Source: Chiloscyllium plagiosum (Eukaryota). Taken from it: a stretch of DNA of 22,782 bases. The DNA is taken from the NCBI RefSeq assembly GCF_004010195.1, contig NC_057749.1:12364833-12387614 (forward strand), in the 5' to 3' direction. The translations under genes and the position numbers were made by a program. Each line of letters opens with the position of its first letter. Positions within the stretch are counted from its first letter, which is position 1. A model generated the notes under the pieces. That model did no database searches. It saw only the letters and a program-made list of their open reading frames with translations, and was not told the DNA's origin. Below, piece after piece: positions 1 to 13,011 of this stretch.

Positions 1-3000
1 GAAGTTAGACTAATAGAACATGTAGCATTGCAGCTCAGTGAAGGCCCTTTGTGGATCCGCTCAGCTAATAGAGGAAGTTAGACTCAGAGAACATGGTGCA
101 AAACAGTGCAGGAGAGGCCCTTTGTGGAACTGCTCGTCTAATAAAGGAAGTTTGACTAATACAACATAGGGCATCACAACGCAATACAGGCTCTTTATGG
201 AACCGCTCGGCTAATACCGGAAATTTGACAAATACGACATAGAACATGATAGCTCTGTACAGGCGGTCGATGGAACTGGTCGTCTAATAAAGGAAGTTAG
301 ACCCATAGAACATGGGGCATCACAGCACAATACAGGCCCCTTATGGAACCGCTTAGCTAATCAAGGAAGTTTGATAAATACAACGTGGAATATTACAGCG
401 CACTACAGGCCCTTTATGCAACTGCTTGGCTAATACCGGACGTTAGATTAATACAAAATAGAACATTACAGCACAGTGCAGGACCTTTATGGAAATGCTT
501 GGTGAATAAAGGAAGTAAGACTCATGAAAAATAGCACATTACAGCGCAGACGTTTGACAAATATAAGATAGAGCATGACAGCGCTGTACAGGCCGTCAAT
601 GGAACCACTTGCCTATAAAGGATGTTCGACTCATCGAGCGTGGGGCATTAAGATGCAATATTGGCCCTTTATGTAACCGCTCAGCTAATAAAATAAGTTT
701 GACTAATACAACATGTAACATCACAGCGTAGTACAAGCCCTTTATGCAAATTCTTGGCTAAAACCAGAAGTTTGACAAATACAACATAGAACATTACAGC
801 CCTGTACAGGCTATCTATGGAACCGCTCTCCCAGTTAAGGAAGTTAGACTCATAGAACATGTGGTATTACAGCACAATACAGGCCCTTCATGGAACCACT
901 CGGCTGATAATGGACACTAGACTAATACAACATAGAACATTACAGCACAGTACAGGCCCTTTATGCAACTGCTTGGCTGTTAGAGAAAGATAGAATAATA
1001 CAAAATAGAACATTACAGCGCAGTGCAGGCCCTTTATGGAACCGCTCGGTTAATAACAAAGTTAGACTAATACAACGTAGAACATTACAGCAATGCACAG
1101 TCCGTCTATGGAACCGCTTGCCTATAAAGGAAGTTAGACTCATAAAACATGGAGCATTACAGCGCAGTACAGGCCCTTTATGGAACTGCTCGGCTGATAA
1201 TGGATGCAAGACTAATACAACATAGAACATCACAGCTCTGGACAGGCCCATTATGGAACCGCTCAGCTAATAAAGAGTGGTAGTCTCAGAAAACATAGAT
1301 CATTACAGTGTAGTACAGGCACTATATGGAACCACTCGGCTAATACAGGAAGTTAGACTCATACAACATGGAGTATTAAAGCACAGTACAGGACTTTTAT
1401 GGAAATGATTGCCTAATAAAGGAAATAAGACACATTCAATATGCAGTACAGGACCTTTATGGAAATGCTTGGCTAATACAGGAAGTTAGACTGATAGAAC
1501 ATGGAGCATTGCAGCACAGTACAGGCCCTTTATGGAACCACTTAGCTAATACCAGACATTAAACCAATACAACACAGAACATTACAGTGCAGTACAGGCC
1601 TTTTATGGAACCGTTCAGCTAATAAAGATAGTTACACACGTAGAACATGACAGCACAGTACAGGCTCTTTATGGAACTGCTTTACTTTAAAAGAAGTTAG
1701 ACTAACGCAATATAGCACATTACAGCGCAGTACAGGCCCTTTATTTAACTGCTCAGCTAATATAGGATGTTAGACTCATAGAACAAAGAATATTACAGCA
1801 CAGTACAGAGCTTTATGGAACCATTCAGCTCATGAAGAAAATCAGCCTAATACAACATATCATATTACAGAGCAGTACAGGCTCTTTATGAAAACGTTCG
1901 GCTAATAAAGAAAGTTACACACATCGAGCTTTAAGAACATGACAGCGCAGTACAGGCCCTTTATGGAATCGCTCAGCTAACACAGGAAGTTAAAATAATA
2001 GAACATAGACCATCACAGCGCAGTCCAGGCCCTTTATAGAACCGCTTGGCTAATATAGAAGTTAGATTCATAGAACATAGAATATGACAGCGCAGTCCAG
2101 GCCATTTATGGAACTGCTCAGATAATAAAGGAAGTTAGACAAATAGAACATAGCACATCACAGTACAGTACAGTCCCTTTATAGAACCGCTCGGCGAATA
2201 AAGGACCCATGGAACATAGAATATGACAGCGCAGTACAGGCCCTTTATGGAACCCCTGAGCTAATAAAAAAAGTTGCACACATAGAACATTAAGAACATG
2301 ACAGTGCAGTACAGGCCCTTTATAGAACCACTCGTCTGATAAAAGAAGTTAGACTAATACAACACAGAACATGACAGTGCAGTAGTGGAGCTTTATGTAA
2401 CTGCTCGGCGAAGAAAGTAAGTTAGACTCATCAAACATAATGCATCACAGTGCAGTGCAGGTCCTTTATAGAACCGCTTTGCAAATAAAGGAATATAGAC
2501 TCATAAAACATAGAACATGACAGCGCAATATAGGTCCATTGTGGAACCGCTCGGCTAATAAAGGAAATTAGAGTCACAGAACATACAACATTACAGCACA
2601 GTACAGGCCCTTGATGGAACCACTCGGCTAATACAGGAAGTTAGAGTCATAGAATGTACAGCATTACAGCGCAGTACACGTCCTTTATGAAACCGCTCGG
2701 TTAATACCGGACATTAGACCAATACAACATAGAACTTTACAGCACAGTACAGGCCTTTTCTGGAACAGCTCGGCTAATAAAGGAAGCTGGAGTCATAGAA
2801 CATACAGCATTACAGCGCAGTACACATCCTTCAGGGAACCACTCGGCTGATAATGGACATTAGACCAATACAACATAAAAATTTACAGCACAGTACAGGC
2901 CCTTTATGGATCAGCTCGGCTAATAAAGGAAGTTAGAGTCATAGAACATTCAGCATTACAGCGCAGTACAGGCCCTTGATGGAACCACTCGGCTCATACC

Positions 3001-6000
3001 GGATATTAGATCAATACAGCATAGAACATTACAGCGCAGTACAAGTGTTTTAGGGAACCGCTCAGCTAATAAAGGAATATAGATTCATAGAATGTAGAGA
3101 ATCACAGCACAGTACAGGCACTTTATGAAACAACTCGGCTCAAACCGGACATTAGACCAATACAACATAGAACATTACAGCACAGTACAGCCCCTTGGTG
3201 GAACCGCTCAGCTAATAGAGGAAGTTAGATTCATAAAACATACAGCATCCCAGCGCAGTACAGGCCCATTATGGAACTTCTCAGGTAATATTGGACATGA
3301 GCCCAATACAACAAAGAACATTACATCGCAGTAGAGGTCCTTTATAAAACCACTCAGCAAATAAAGATTCATAGAATGTAGAGCATTTCAGCGCAGTAAA
3401 TGTCCTTTGGGGAATCGCTCGACTACTAAAGGGAATTGGACTTATTGACCAGAGAACATTACAGAGCAACACAGACCCTTTATGGAACTGCTCAGCTCAT
3501 AAAGGATGTAAGACTAATGCAACATAGAACATTACAGCGCAGTACAGGCCCTTTATGGAACAGCCCGGCTAATAAAGGAAGTTAGACTCATAGAACATAC
3601 AGCATTACAGCGCAGTACAGGCCTTTTATGGACCTATTCGGCTACTAAAGGCAATTAGACTCATTGGACATAGAACATTACAGCGCAACAAAGACTTATG
3701 ATGGAACTGCTCAGCTAATAAAAGAAGTTAGACTAATACAATACAGAACATAACAGCACAATATAGGCCCTTTATGGAACTGCTCAGCTAATAATGCAAG
3801 TTAGACTAATACAATAGAGAAGCGCAGCACAGGCCCTTGATCGAAACGCTCAACAAATAAAGGAAGTTAGACTCATAGAACATACAGCATTACAGCGCAG
3901 TACACAACGTTTATGAAGCCGCTTGGATAATAAAGGAAGTAAGACTCATAGAACATACAGCTTTACACTGAAGTACAGGCCCTTTATAGAACCACTCGAC
4001 TACTAAGGGCGATTAGACTCATTGAACTAGAACATTACAGCGTAACAAAGGCCCATGATGGAATTGCTCAGCTAGTAAAGGAAGTTAGACAAATACAATA
4101 CAGAACATAACAGCACAGTATAGGCCCGTTATGGAACCACTCGGCAAATACCGGGCATTAGACCAATACAACGTAGAACATTACAGCGCAGTACAAGTCC
4201 TTTAGGGAACTGATAGGCTATTCGAGGAAGTAAGAGTCATAGAACATACAGCATTACAGCACAGTACAGGCTGTTTATGGAGCCGCTTGGAAAATAAAGG
4301 AAGTTAGACTCATAGACCATACAGCTTTACAGCGCAGTACAGGCCCTTTATGGAACCACTCGATCACCAAAGGCAATTAGACTCCTTGAACATAGAACAT
4401 TACAGCGCAGCAAAGGCCCATTATGGAACTGCTCAGCTAACAAAGGACATAGAACATAACAGCACAACACAGCCCCTTGGTGGAACCGCTCAGCTAATAA
4501 AGGAAGTGAAAGTCATGGAACAAACAGCATTACAGCGAAATACAGTCCCTTTATGGAACAGCTCGGCTAATAAAGGAAGTTAGAATCATAGCACATACAA
4601 CATTACAACCGCTCAGCTAATAAAGGAATATAGGTTCAAAGAACGTAAAGCATTTCAACGCATTACAGGTCCTTTGTGGAATCGCTCGACTCATTGAACA
4701 TAGAACATTACAGCGCAACAAAGGCCCATTATGGAACTGCTCAGCTAATAAAGGAAGTTCGACTAATACAACACAGAACATAACAGCTCAACACAGACCC
4801 TTGATCGAAACGCACAGCAATTAAAGGAAATTAAACTCATAGAACATACAGCATTAGAGCGCAGTACACGCCGTTTATGGAACCGCTTGGATAATAAAGG
4901 AAGTTAGTCTCATAGAACATACAGCTTTACACTGCAGTACAGGCCCTTTATGGAACCACTCGACTACTAAAGGCAATTAGACTCATTGAACATAGAACAT
5001 TACAGCGCAGCAAAGGCCCATTATGGAACTGCTCAGCTAATAAAGAAAGTTTGACGAATACAACACAGAACATAACAGCACAACGCAGGCCCTTTATGGA
5101 ACCACTCGGATAATAACGGACATTAGACCAATACAACATAGCACATTACAGTGCAATACAGATCTATTATGGAACCGCACGGCTAATAAAGGAATGTAGA
5201 TTCATAGAACATACTGCATTACAGCACACTACAGGCCGTTTATGGAGCCACATGGAAAATAAAGAAATATACATTCATAGAAAATACAGCATTACAGCAC
5301 AGTACAGGCCCTTCATGGAACCACTCGGATAATAACGGACATTAGACCAATACAACATATCACATTACAGAGCAATACAGATCCTTTATGGAATCGCACG
5401 GCTAATAAAGGAATGTAGATTCATAGAGCATGCAGCATTGAAGCACACTACAGGCCGTTTATGGAGCCGCTTGTATAATAAAGAAATATAGATTCATAGA
5501 ACATGCAGCATTGATGTACAGTACAGGCCCTTCATGGAACCACCCGGATAATAACGGACATTAGACCAATGCAACACAGCACATTACAGCGCAGTACAGA
5601 GCCTTAATGAAACCCCTCGAAAAATAAAGGAATATATATTCATCGAACATAGAGAATTACAGCACAGTACAGGCCCTTTATGGAACAGCTCGGCTAATAA
5701 AGGAAGTTAGATTGATAGAACATACAGCATTACAGCGCAATACAACATATCACATTACAGTGGCGGTGCAGGCCAATTATGGTACCATTTGGCTAATACA
5801 GGACATTAGACCAATACAAAATAGCACAATACAGCGCAGTTCAGGTACTTTATGGAACAGGTCGGCTGATAAAGGAAGTTAGACTGACAGAACATACAGC
5901 ATTACAGTGCAGTACAGGCCTGTTATGGTACTATTTGGCTTATATTGGACATTAGACCAATACAACATAGCACATTACAGCACAGAACAGGTTCTTTTTG

Positions 6001-9000
6001 GAACCACATGGCTAATAAAGGAATATAGATGCATAGAACATAGAGAATTACAGGCCTTTTATGGAACTACTCAGCAAACAACGGACATTAGACCAAGACA
6101 ACATAGCACATTACAGCGCAGTATAGGCCCTTAATGTTCCCAATCGGCTAATACCGGACATTACACCAATACAACATAGCACATTATAGTGCAATACAGA
6201 TCCTTTATGGAACTACACGGCTAATAAAGAAATGTAGATTCATAGAACATACAGCATTACAGCACACTGGAGGCCATTTATGGAGCCGCTTGTATAATAA
6301 AGAAATATAGATTCATATAACATACAGCATTACAGCCCTTTATGGAGACAATCAGCTAATAACGAATATTAGACCAATACAACATAACACATAACAGCAC
6401 AGTACAGATCCTTTATGGAACCGCTCGGCTAATAAAGGAATGTAGATTCATAGAACGTACAACATTACAATGCAGTACTTGTCCTTTATGGTACCCATTT
6501 GGTTAATACCGGACATTAGACCAATACAACAAAGCACATTACAGTGTAGTACAAGGTCCTTTATGGAACAGCTTGGCTAATAAAGCAAGTCCGACTGATA
6601 AAACGTACAGCATTACAGAAAAGTACCGGCCCTTTATGGTACCATTCAGTTTATATCGAACATTAGTCGAAAACAACATAGCAAATTACAGCGCAGTACA
6701 GGTCCTTTATGGAACAGCTCGGCTATTAAAGGAAGTTAGTCTGATAGAACATACAGCATTACAACGCAGTACAGACCCTTTATGGTACCATTCAGTTTAT
6801 ACCGGACATTAGTCGAATACAACATAGCACATTACAGCGTAGTACTGGTCCTTTATGGAATAGCTCGGCTACTAAAGGAAGTTAGACTGATAGAACACAC
6901 AGCATTACAGCGCAGTACAGGTCCATCATGGTACCATTTGGTTTATAGTGGACAGATGACCAATACAACATAGCACATTACAGCGCAGTACAGGTCCTTT
7001 ATGGAACCGCATGGCTAATAAAGGAATATAGATTCATAGATCGTCGAGAATTACAGCACAGTACATGTCCTTTATGGAACGGCTCGGCTAATATAGGAAG
7101 TGAGATTCATAGAACATACAGCATTACAGCACAGTACAGGCCCTTTATTGTACTATTTGGCTAATACCGGACATTAGACCTTTGCAACATAGCACGTTAT
7201 AGCGCAGTACTGGTCCTTTATGGAACCGCTCGGCTAATAAAGCAAGTTAGACTGATAGAACATAAGCATTTCAGCGCAGTACTGGTCCTTTATGGAACCG
7301 CATGGCTAATAAAGGAATATAGATTCATAGAACGTAGAGAATTACAGCACAGTACAGGACAATTATGGAACAGCTCAGCTAATATAGGAAGTGAGATTCA
7401 TATAATATACAGCATTACAGCGCAGTACAGGGCCTTTATGAAACTGCTCGTCTAATAAAGGAATATAGATTCATAGAACGTAGAGAATTACAGCACAGTA
7501 CAGGCCGTTTATGGAGCCGCTTGGATAATAAGGAAATATAGATTCATAGAACATACAGCGTTACAGTGCAGTACAGGCCCTTTATGGAACCACTCGGATA
7601 ATAACGGACATTAGACCAATACAACATAGCACATTACAGCAAAGTACAGGGCCTTTATGGAACCGCATGGCTAATAAAGGAATATAGATTCATAGAATGT
7701 TGAAATTACAGCACAGTACAGGACCTTTAAGGAACCATTTGGCTAATACCAGACATTAGACCTTTTCAACATAGCACATTACAGCGCAGTACTGGGCCTA
7801 TATGGAACTGCACGGCTAATAAAGGAATGTGATTTATAGAACATACAGCATTGCAGCACAGTATAGGCCTTTTATGAAGCGGCTTGGATAAGAAAGAAAC
7901 TCGGATGCACAAAACATACAGCATCACAGCACAGTACAGGCTGTGTATGGAACCACTCGGCAAATAACGGACATTAGACCAATACAACATACCACATTAC
8001 AGCGCAGTACAGGTCCTTTATGGAACCGCACGGCTAATAAAGGAATGTGGATTCATAAAGCATGCAGCATTACAGCACAGTACAGGCCCTTCATGGAACC
8101 ACTCGGATAATAACAGACATTAGACCAATACAACATATCACATTACAGCGCAATACAGATCCTTTATGGAAACGCACGGCTAATAAAGGAATGTAGATTC
8201 ATAGAACATACAGCATTGAAGCACACTACAGGCCGTTTATGGAGCTGCTTGTATAATAAAGAAATATAGATTCATAGAACATACAGCATTGATGTACAGT
8301 ACAGGCCCTTCATGGAACCACCCGGATAATAACGGACATTAGACCAATACAACACAGCACATTACAGCGCAGTACAGGGCCTTAATAGAACCCCTCGGAA
8401 AATAAAGGAATATATATTCATTGAACATAGAGAATTACAGCACAGTACAGGCCCTTTATGGAACAGCTTGGCTAATAAAGGAAGTTAGACTGATAGAACA
8501 TACAGCGTTACAGCGCAATACAACATATCACATTACAGTGGCAGTGCAGGCCAATTATGGTACCATTTGGCTAATACAGGACATTAGACCAATACAAAAT
8601 AGCACAATACAGCGCAGTTCAGGTACTTTATGGAACAGGTCGGCTGATAAAGGAAGTTAGACTGACAGAACATACAGCATTACAGTGCAGTACAGGCCTG
8701 TTATGGTACTATTTGGCTTATATTGGACATTAGACCAATACAACATAGCACATTACAGCACAGAACAGGTCCTTTTTGGAACCGCATGGCTAATAAAGGA
8801 ATATAGATTCATAGAACATAGAGAATTACAGGCCTTTTATGGAACTACTCAGCAAACAATGGACATTAGACCAAGACAACATAGCACATTACAGCGCAGT
8901 ATAGGCCCTTAATGTTCCCAATCGGCTAATACCGGACATTACACCAATACAACATAGCACATTATAGCGCAATACAGATCCTTTATGGAACTACACGGCT

Positions 9001-11504
9001 AATAAAGAAATGTAGATTCATAGAACATACAGCATTACAGCACACTGGAGGCCATTTATGGAGCCGCTTGTATAATAAAGAAATATAGATTCATAGAACA
9101 TACAGCATTGATGCCAGTACAGGACCTTTATGGGACCACCTGGATAATAACAGACATTAGACCAATACAACATAGCACATTACAGCGCAGTACAGGGACC
9201 TTATGGAACCCCTTGGAAAATAAAGGAGTGTAGATTCATAGAGCGTAAAGAATTACAGCACACTACAGGACCTTTATGGAACAGCTCGGCTAATATAGGA
9301 AGTGAGATTCATAGAACATACAGCATTACAATGCAGTACTTGCCCTTTATGGTACCATTTGGTTAATACCGGACATTAGACCAATACAACAAAGCACATT
9401 ACAGTGTGGTACAAGGTCCTTTATGGAACAGCTCGGCTAATAAAGCAAGTTCGACTGATAAAACGTACAGCATTACAGAAAAGTACCGGCCCTTTATGGT
9501 ACCATTCAGTTTATATCGAACATTAGTCGAATACAACATAGCAAATTACAGCACAGTATAGGTCCTTTATGGAACAGCTCGGCTATTAAAGGAAGTTAGT
9601 CTGATAGAACATACAGCATTACAACGCAGTACAGACCCTTTATGGTACCATTCGGTTTATACCGGACATTAGTCGAATACAACATAGCACATTACAGCGT
9701 AGTACTGGTCCTTTATGGAATAGCTCGGCTACTAAAGGAAGTTAGACTGGTAGAACACACAGCATAACAGCGCAGTACAGGCCCTTCATGGTACCATTTG
9801 GTTTATAGTGGACAGACGACCAATACAACATAGCACATTACAGTGCAGTACAGGTCCTTTATGGAACCGCATGGCTAATAAAGGAATATAGATTCATAGA
9901 ACGTCGAGAATTACAGCACAGTACAGGTCCTTTATGGAACGGCTCGGCTAATATAGGAAGTGAGATTCATAGAACATACAGCATTACAGCACAGTACAGG
10001 CCCTTTATTGTACCATTTGGCTAATACCGGACATTAGACCTTTGCAACATAGCACGTTATAGCGCAGTACTGGTCCTTTATGGAACCGCTCGGCTAATAA
10101 AGCAAGTTAGACTGATAGAACATACAGCATTACAGCGCAGTATCGGTCCTTTATGGAACCGCATGGCTAATAAAGGAATATAGATTCATAGAACGTAGAG
10201 AATTACAGCACAGTACAGGACAATTATGGAACAGCTCAGCTAATATAGGAAGTGAGATTCATATAATATACAGCATTACAGCGCAGGACAGGGCCTTTAT
10301 GAAACTGCTCGTCTAATAAAAGAATATAGATTCATAGAACGTAGAGAATTACAGCACACTACAGGCCGTTTATGGAGCCGCTTGGATAATAAAGAAATAT
10401 AGATTCATAGAACATACAGCGTTACAGCGCAGTACAGGCCCTTTATGGAACCACTCAGATAATAACGGACATTAGACCAATACAACATAGAACATTACAG
10501 TGCAGTACAGGACTTTATGGAACCGCTTGGCAAATAACGGAATGTAGATTCATAGAACATACCGCATTACAGCACACTACAGACCATTTATGGAGCCACT
10601 TGGATAATAAAAAAATATAGATTCATAGAACATACAGCATTACAGCACAATACAGGCCATTCATGGAACCACTCGGATAATAACGGACATTAGACCAATA
10701 CAACATAGCACATTACAGCAAAGTACAGGGCCTTAATGGAACTGCACGGCTAATAAAGGAATATCGATTCATCGAACGTAGAGAATTACAGCACAGTACA
10801 GGACCTTTATGGAGCCGCTTGGAAAATAAAGAAATATAGATTCATAGAACATACAGCGTTACAACGCAGTAAAGGCCTTTATGGAACCACCCGGATAATA
10901 ACGGACATCAGACCAATACAACACAGCACATTACAGCGCAGTACAGGACTTTATGGATCAGCTTGGCAAATAACAGAATATAGATTCATCGAACGTAGAG
11001 AATTACAGCACAGTACAGGCCCCTTATGGGACAGCTTGGTTAATAAAGGAAGTTAGACTGATCAAACATACAGCATTACAGAGCAGTACAGGCCCTTTAT
11101 GGTACCATTTGGCTCATACCGGACATTAGACCAATACAACCTAGCACATTACAGCGCAGTACAGGGCCTTTATGAAACTGCTCGTCTAATAAAGGAATAT
11201 AGGTTCATAGAGCATAGAGAATTACAGCACAGTACAGGCCCTTTATGGAACAGCTTGGCTAATAAATGAAGTTAGACTGATCGAACATACAGCATTACAG
11301 TGGAGTACAGGCCCTTTATGGCACCATTCGGCCAATACCGGACATTAGACCAATACAATATAGCACATTACAGCGCAGTACAGATCCTTTATGGAACAGG
11401 TCGGCTAATAAAGGAAGTAAGAGTGATTGAACATACAGCATTACAGCGCAGTACAGGCCCGTTATGGTACCATTCAGCTAATACCGGATATTAGACCAAT
11501 ACAA
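1..11504. repeat. 73-bp tandem satellite array (~155-160 diverged monomers), truncated by window start
   Basis: Approximate consensus AAGGAAGTTAGACTCATAGAACATACAGCATTACAGCGCAGTACAGGCCCTTTATGGAACCGCTCGGCTAATA. GTAC recurs at 2893, 2966 and 3039 (73-bp period). A second monomer type replaces the first part with ACCGGACATTAGACCAATACAACATAGCAC. Confidence 0.97.
5291..10500. repeat. Higher-order ~2.8-kb direct duplication inside the satellite (about 5291-7640 and 8069-10500)
   Basis: Shared private variants at offset 2778 (TACAACATATCACATTACAGTGGC at 5741 and 8519; near-identical ORFs at 5907 and 8685). Offset becomes 2860-2861 further on (GGTTAATACCGGACATTAGACCAATACAACAAAGC at 6501 and 9361). 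Confidence 0.9.
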
Positions 11505-12586
11505 TGTTAACAGTGAGGTTACCTCATGACCTTTTCCACATAGTTTAGACTGGTCTCTTGTTATGATGTACTGTTAAAAGGGAACTTACCTAGCTAAGGC
11601 ATTTTGGCCTGGTTTGATCATGGTTTCCCACTTTCATGTGCATGTAGCTTAATTAGTCAAGTGTACTCAGACCTGTCAAGTAGTTTCTCTTCCTCTACAA
11701 ACTTTTGCCATTTTTTTGCTGCTTATCTGATTAAGGATATGTGGTGTTTTTTGTAATCTCAGTACCAATTTCTGTATAAGGACAGCTTGTTTGCAGCAGT
11801 AAGGGGAGTAGCCTGAAAGAGCTGTTCGTGCTAAGAGCTGGCGCTCCTACTCTGCTAATGGTTTTAAAACCTTGGCTCAAGCCTGGCTTGTGGGTATCTG
11901 TTATATTGTAACATTGATGCCATTGGTAAATAGAGGTAATAATTTAAACTAAACTGTCTGCAAAACTTTTATATTCCACACTACCACAGAGTACAATCTC
12001 TGTGACGAACCAAGAGAGACTTAGAGGTCTGGTCCATTAGGGATTCCCTGAGCCATCTCGAATAGGTACTTTAACATTGTGTGTGAATTTTAAAAGGTCA
12101 AGTTACATAAAAATCCTGTTCTTTTACAATTCTTGTTAAAGTCAGGAGTTTTGTAAGTAGGTTTTTTATTATGGTGGGCAGACTGATGTGGTTCACTTTT
12201 GTCCCAGGTAGCAGTGCTCAGAAGCAAATCTGAATTTGTGGTTGTGTGATTTAAATCTTCACATTTGTCATGACTCTGGGAATAATGGGTTTTGATTTCC
12301 AGTCCACTACCCCTGTGGGTTGGAACAGTTGCCTCATTGAGGTATTTACCTGGTGAGCTGGCTGCTAACCTATTTGCAGCCCATTTGGACCAACACGTGC
12401 AAAGCCTGATTCTGTTGTAAAGTTTGCAGCTTTTCAGTATCACAACTTGTTTCTTTGTCTACTAAATTAGGAGTGATACTTCATTAGTGTTGCAGTATTG
12501 TTTCTTGCCCTTCATGAGGCTACACTAGCTATGCAGCTGGAAGTTTATGGATTCTGTATGTAGAATATCAGAGGAGATAGATTACA

Positions 12587-12617
12587 GTCATTGAGATGTA
12601 CAGCAAGGAAACATACC
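12587..12617 (-). mobile_element. Very short CR1/HER1-type 3' tail remnant
   Basis: GTCATTGAGATGTACAGCAAGGAAACATACC resembles the CR1 end at 18270 (CATAGAGATGTACAGCACAGAAACAGACC). Confidence 0.45.
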
Positions 12618-12861
12618 TAAGGGTGCGAGAACAGAGCTGTGGGGTGGCAAGTAAGAATTCTTTGGGGGCACCATCCTCATTTTAAACATGCTGTGCAGCA
12701 GGGTGAGCCAAGAGTTGAGAACGGGCTTGCCATCTTCCTCTATGCTTTTTGACACCGTTTCTCTGTCACAGTTAGCCCCCTAATACAAAGAGCCATTCTC
12801 TCTTTGGGGCTACGATTATTGTGCCTCATAGCTGGTTCGTTGTTCTTCGTAAGGTATCCTT

Positions 12862-13003
12862 TTAAGATGTTTAATAAATGAATAGGAAAGGTTTGGAGGG
12901 ATATGGGCCAGGTTCAGGCAGTTGGGATTAGTTTATTTTGGGATTATGTTCGGCATGGACTGGTTGGACCGAAGGGTCTGTTTCTGTGCTGCATGACTCT
13001 ATA
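12862..13003 (+). mobile_element. CR1/HER1-type LINE 3' end fragment
   Basis: GAATAGGAAAGGTTTGGAGGGATATGGGCCA...CGGCATGGACTGGTTGGACCGAAGGGTCTGTTTCTGTGCTGCATGACTCTAT. It has the terminal stem-loop GGACC-GAAG-GGTCT and a tail repeat, and is homologous to the reverse complement of 18270-18350. Confidence 0.85.
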
Positions 13004-13011
13004 AATCAAAA

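Larger units (their letters stand above)
11505..13011. other. Non-satellite island interrupting the 73-bp array
   Basis: The 73-bp period stops after ...AGACCAATACAA (11504) and resumes at ...ACAATATAGCATATTACATCACAGTACAGGCC (~13012). No recognisable protein. Confidence 0.9.

Noticed and set aside
11763..12162. Exon-like AG...GT segments in the island (YQFLYKDSLFAA; STISVTNQERLRGLVH*GFPEPSRI; VKLHKNPVLLQFLLKSGV)
   Set aside because: One has an in-frame stop, splice signals are weak and no protein was recognised. BLASTX or RNA-seq would be needed.
12090..12443. 117-aa minus-strand ORF in the island
   Set aside because: No recognisable domain, no ATG start, and a length compatible with chance.
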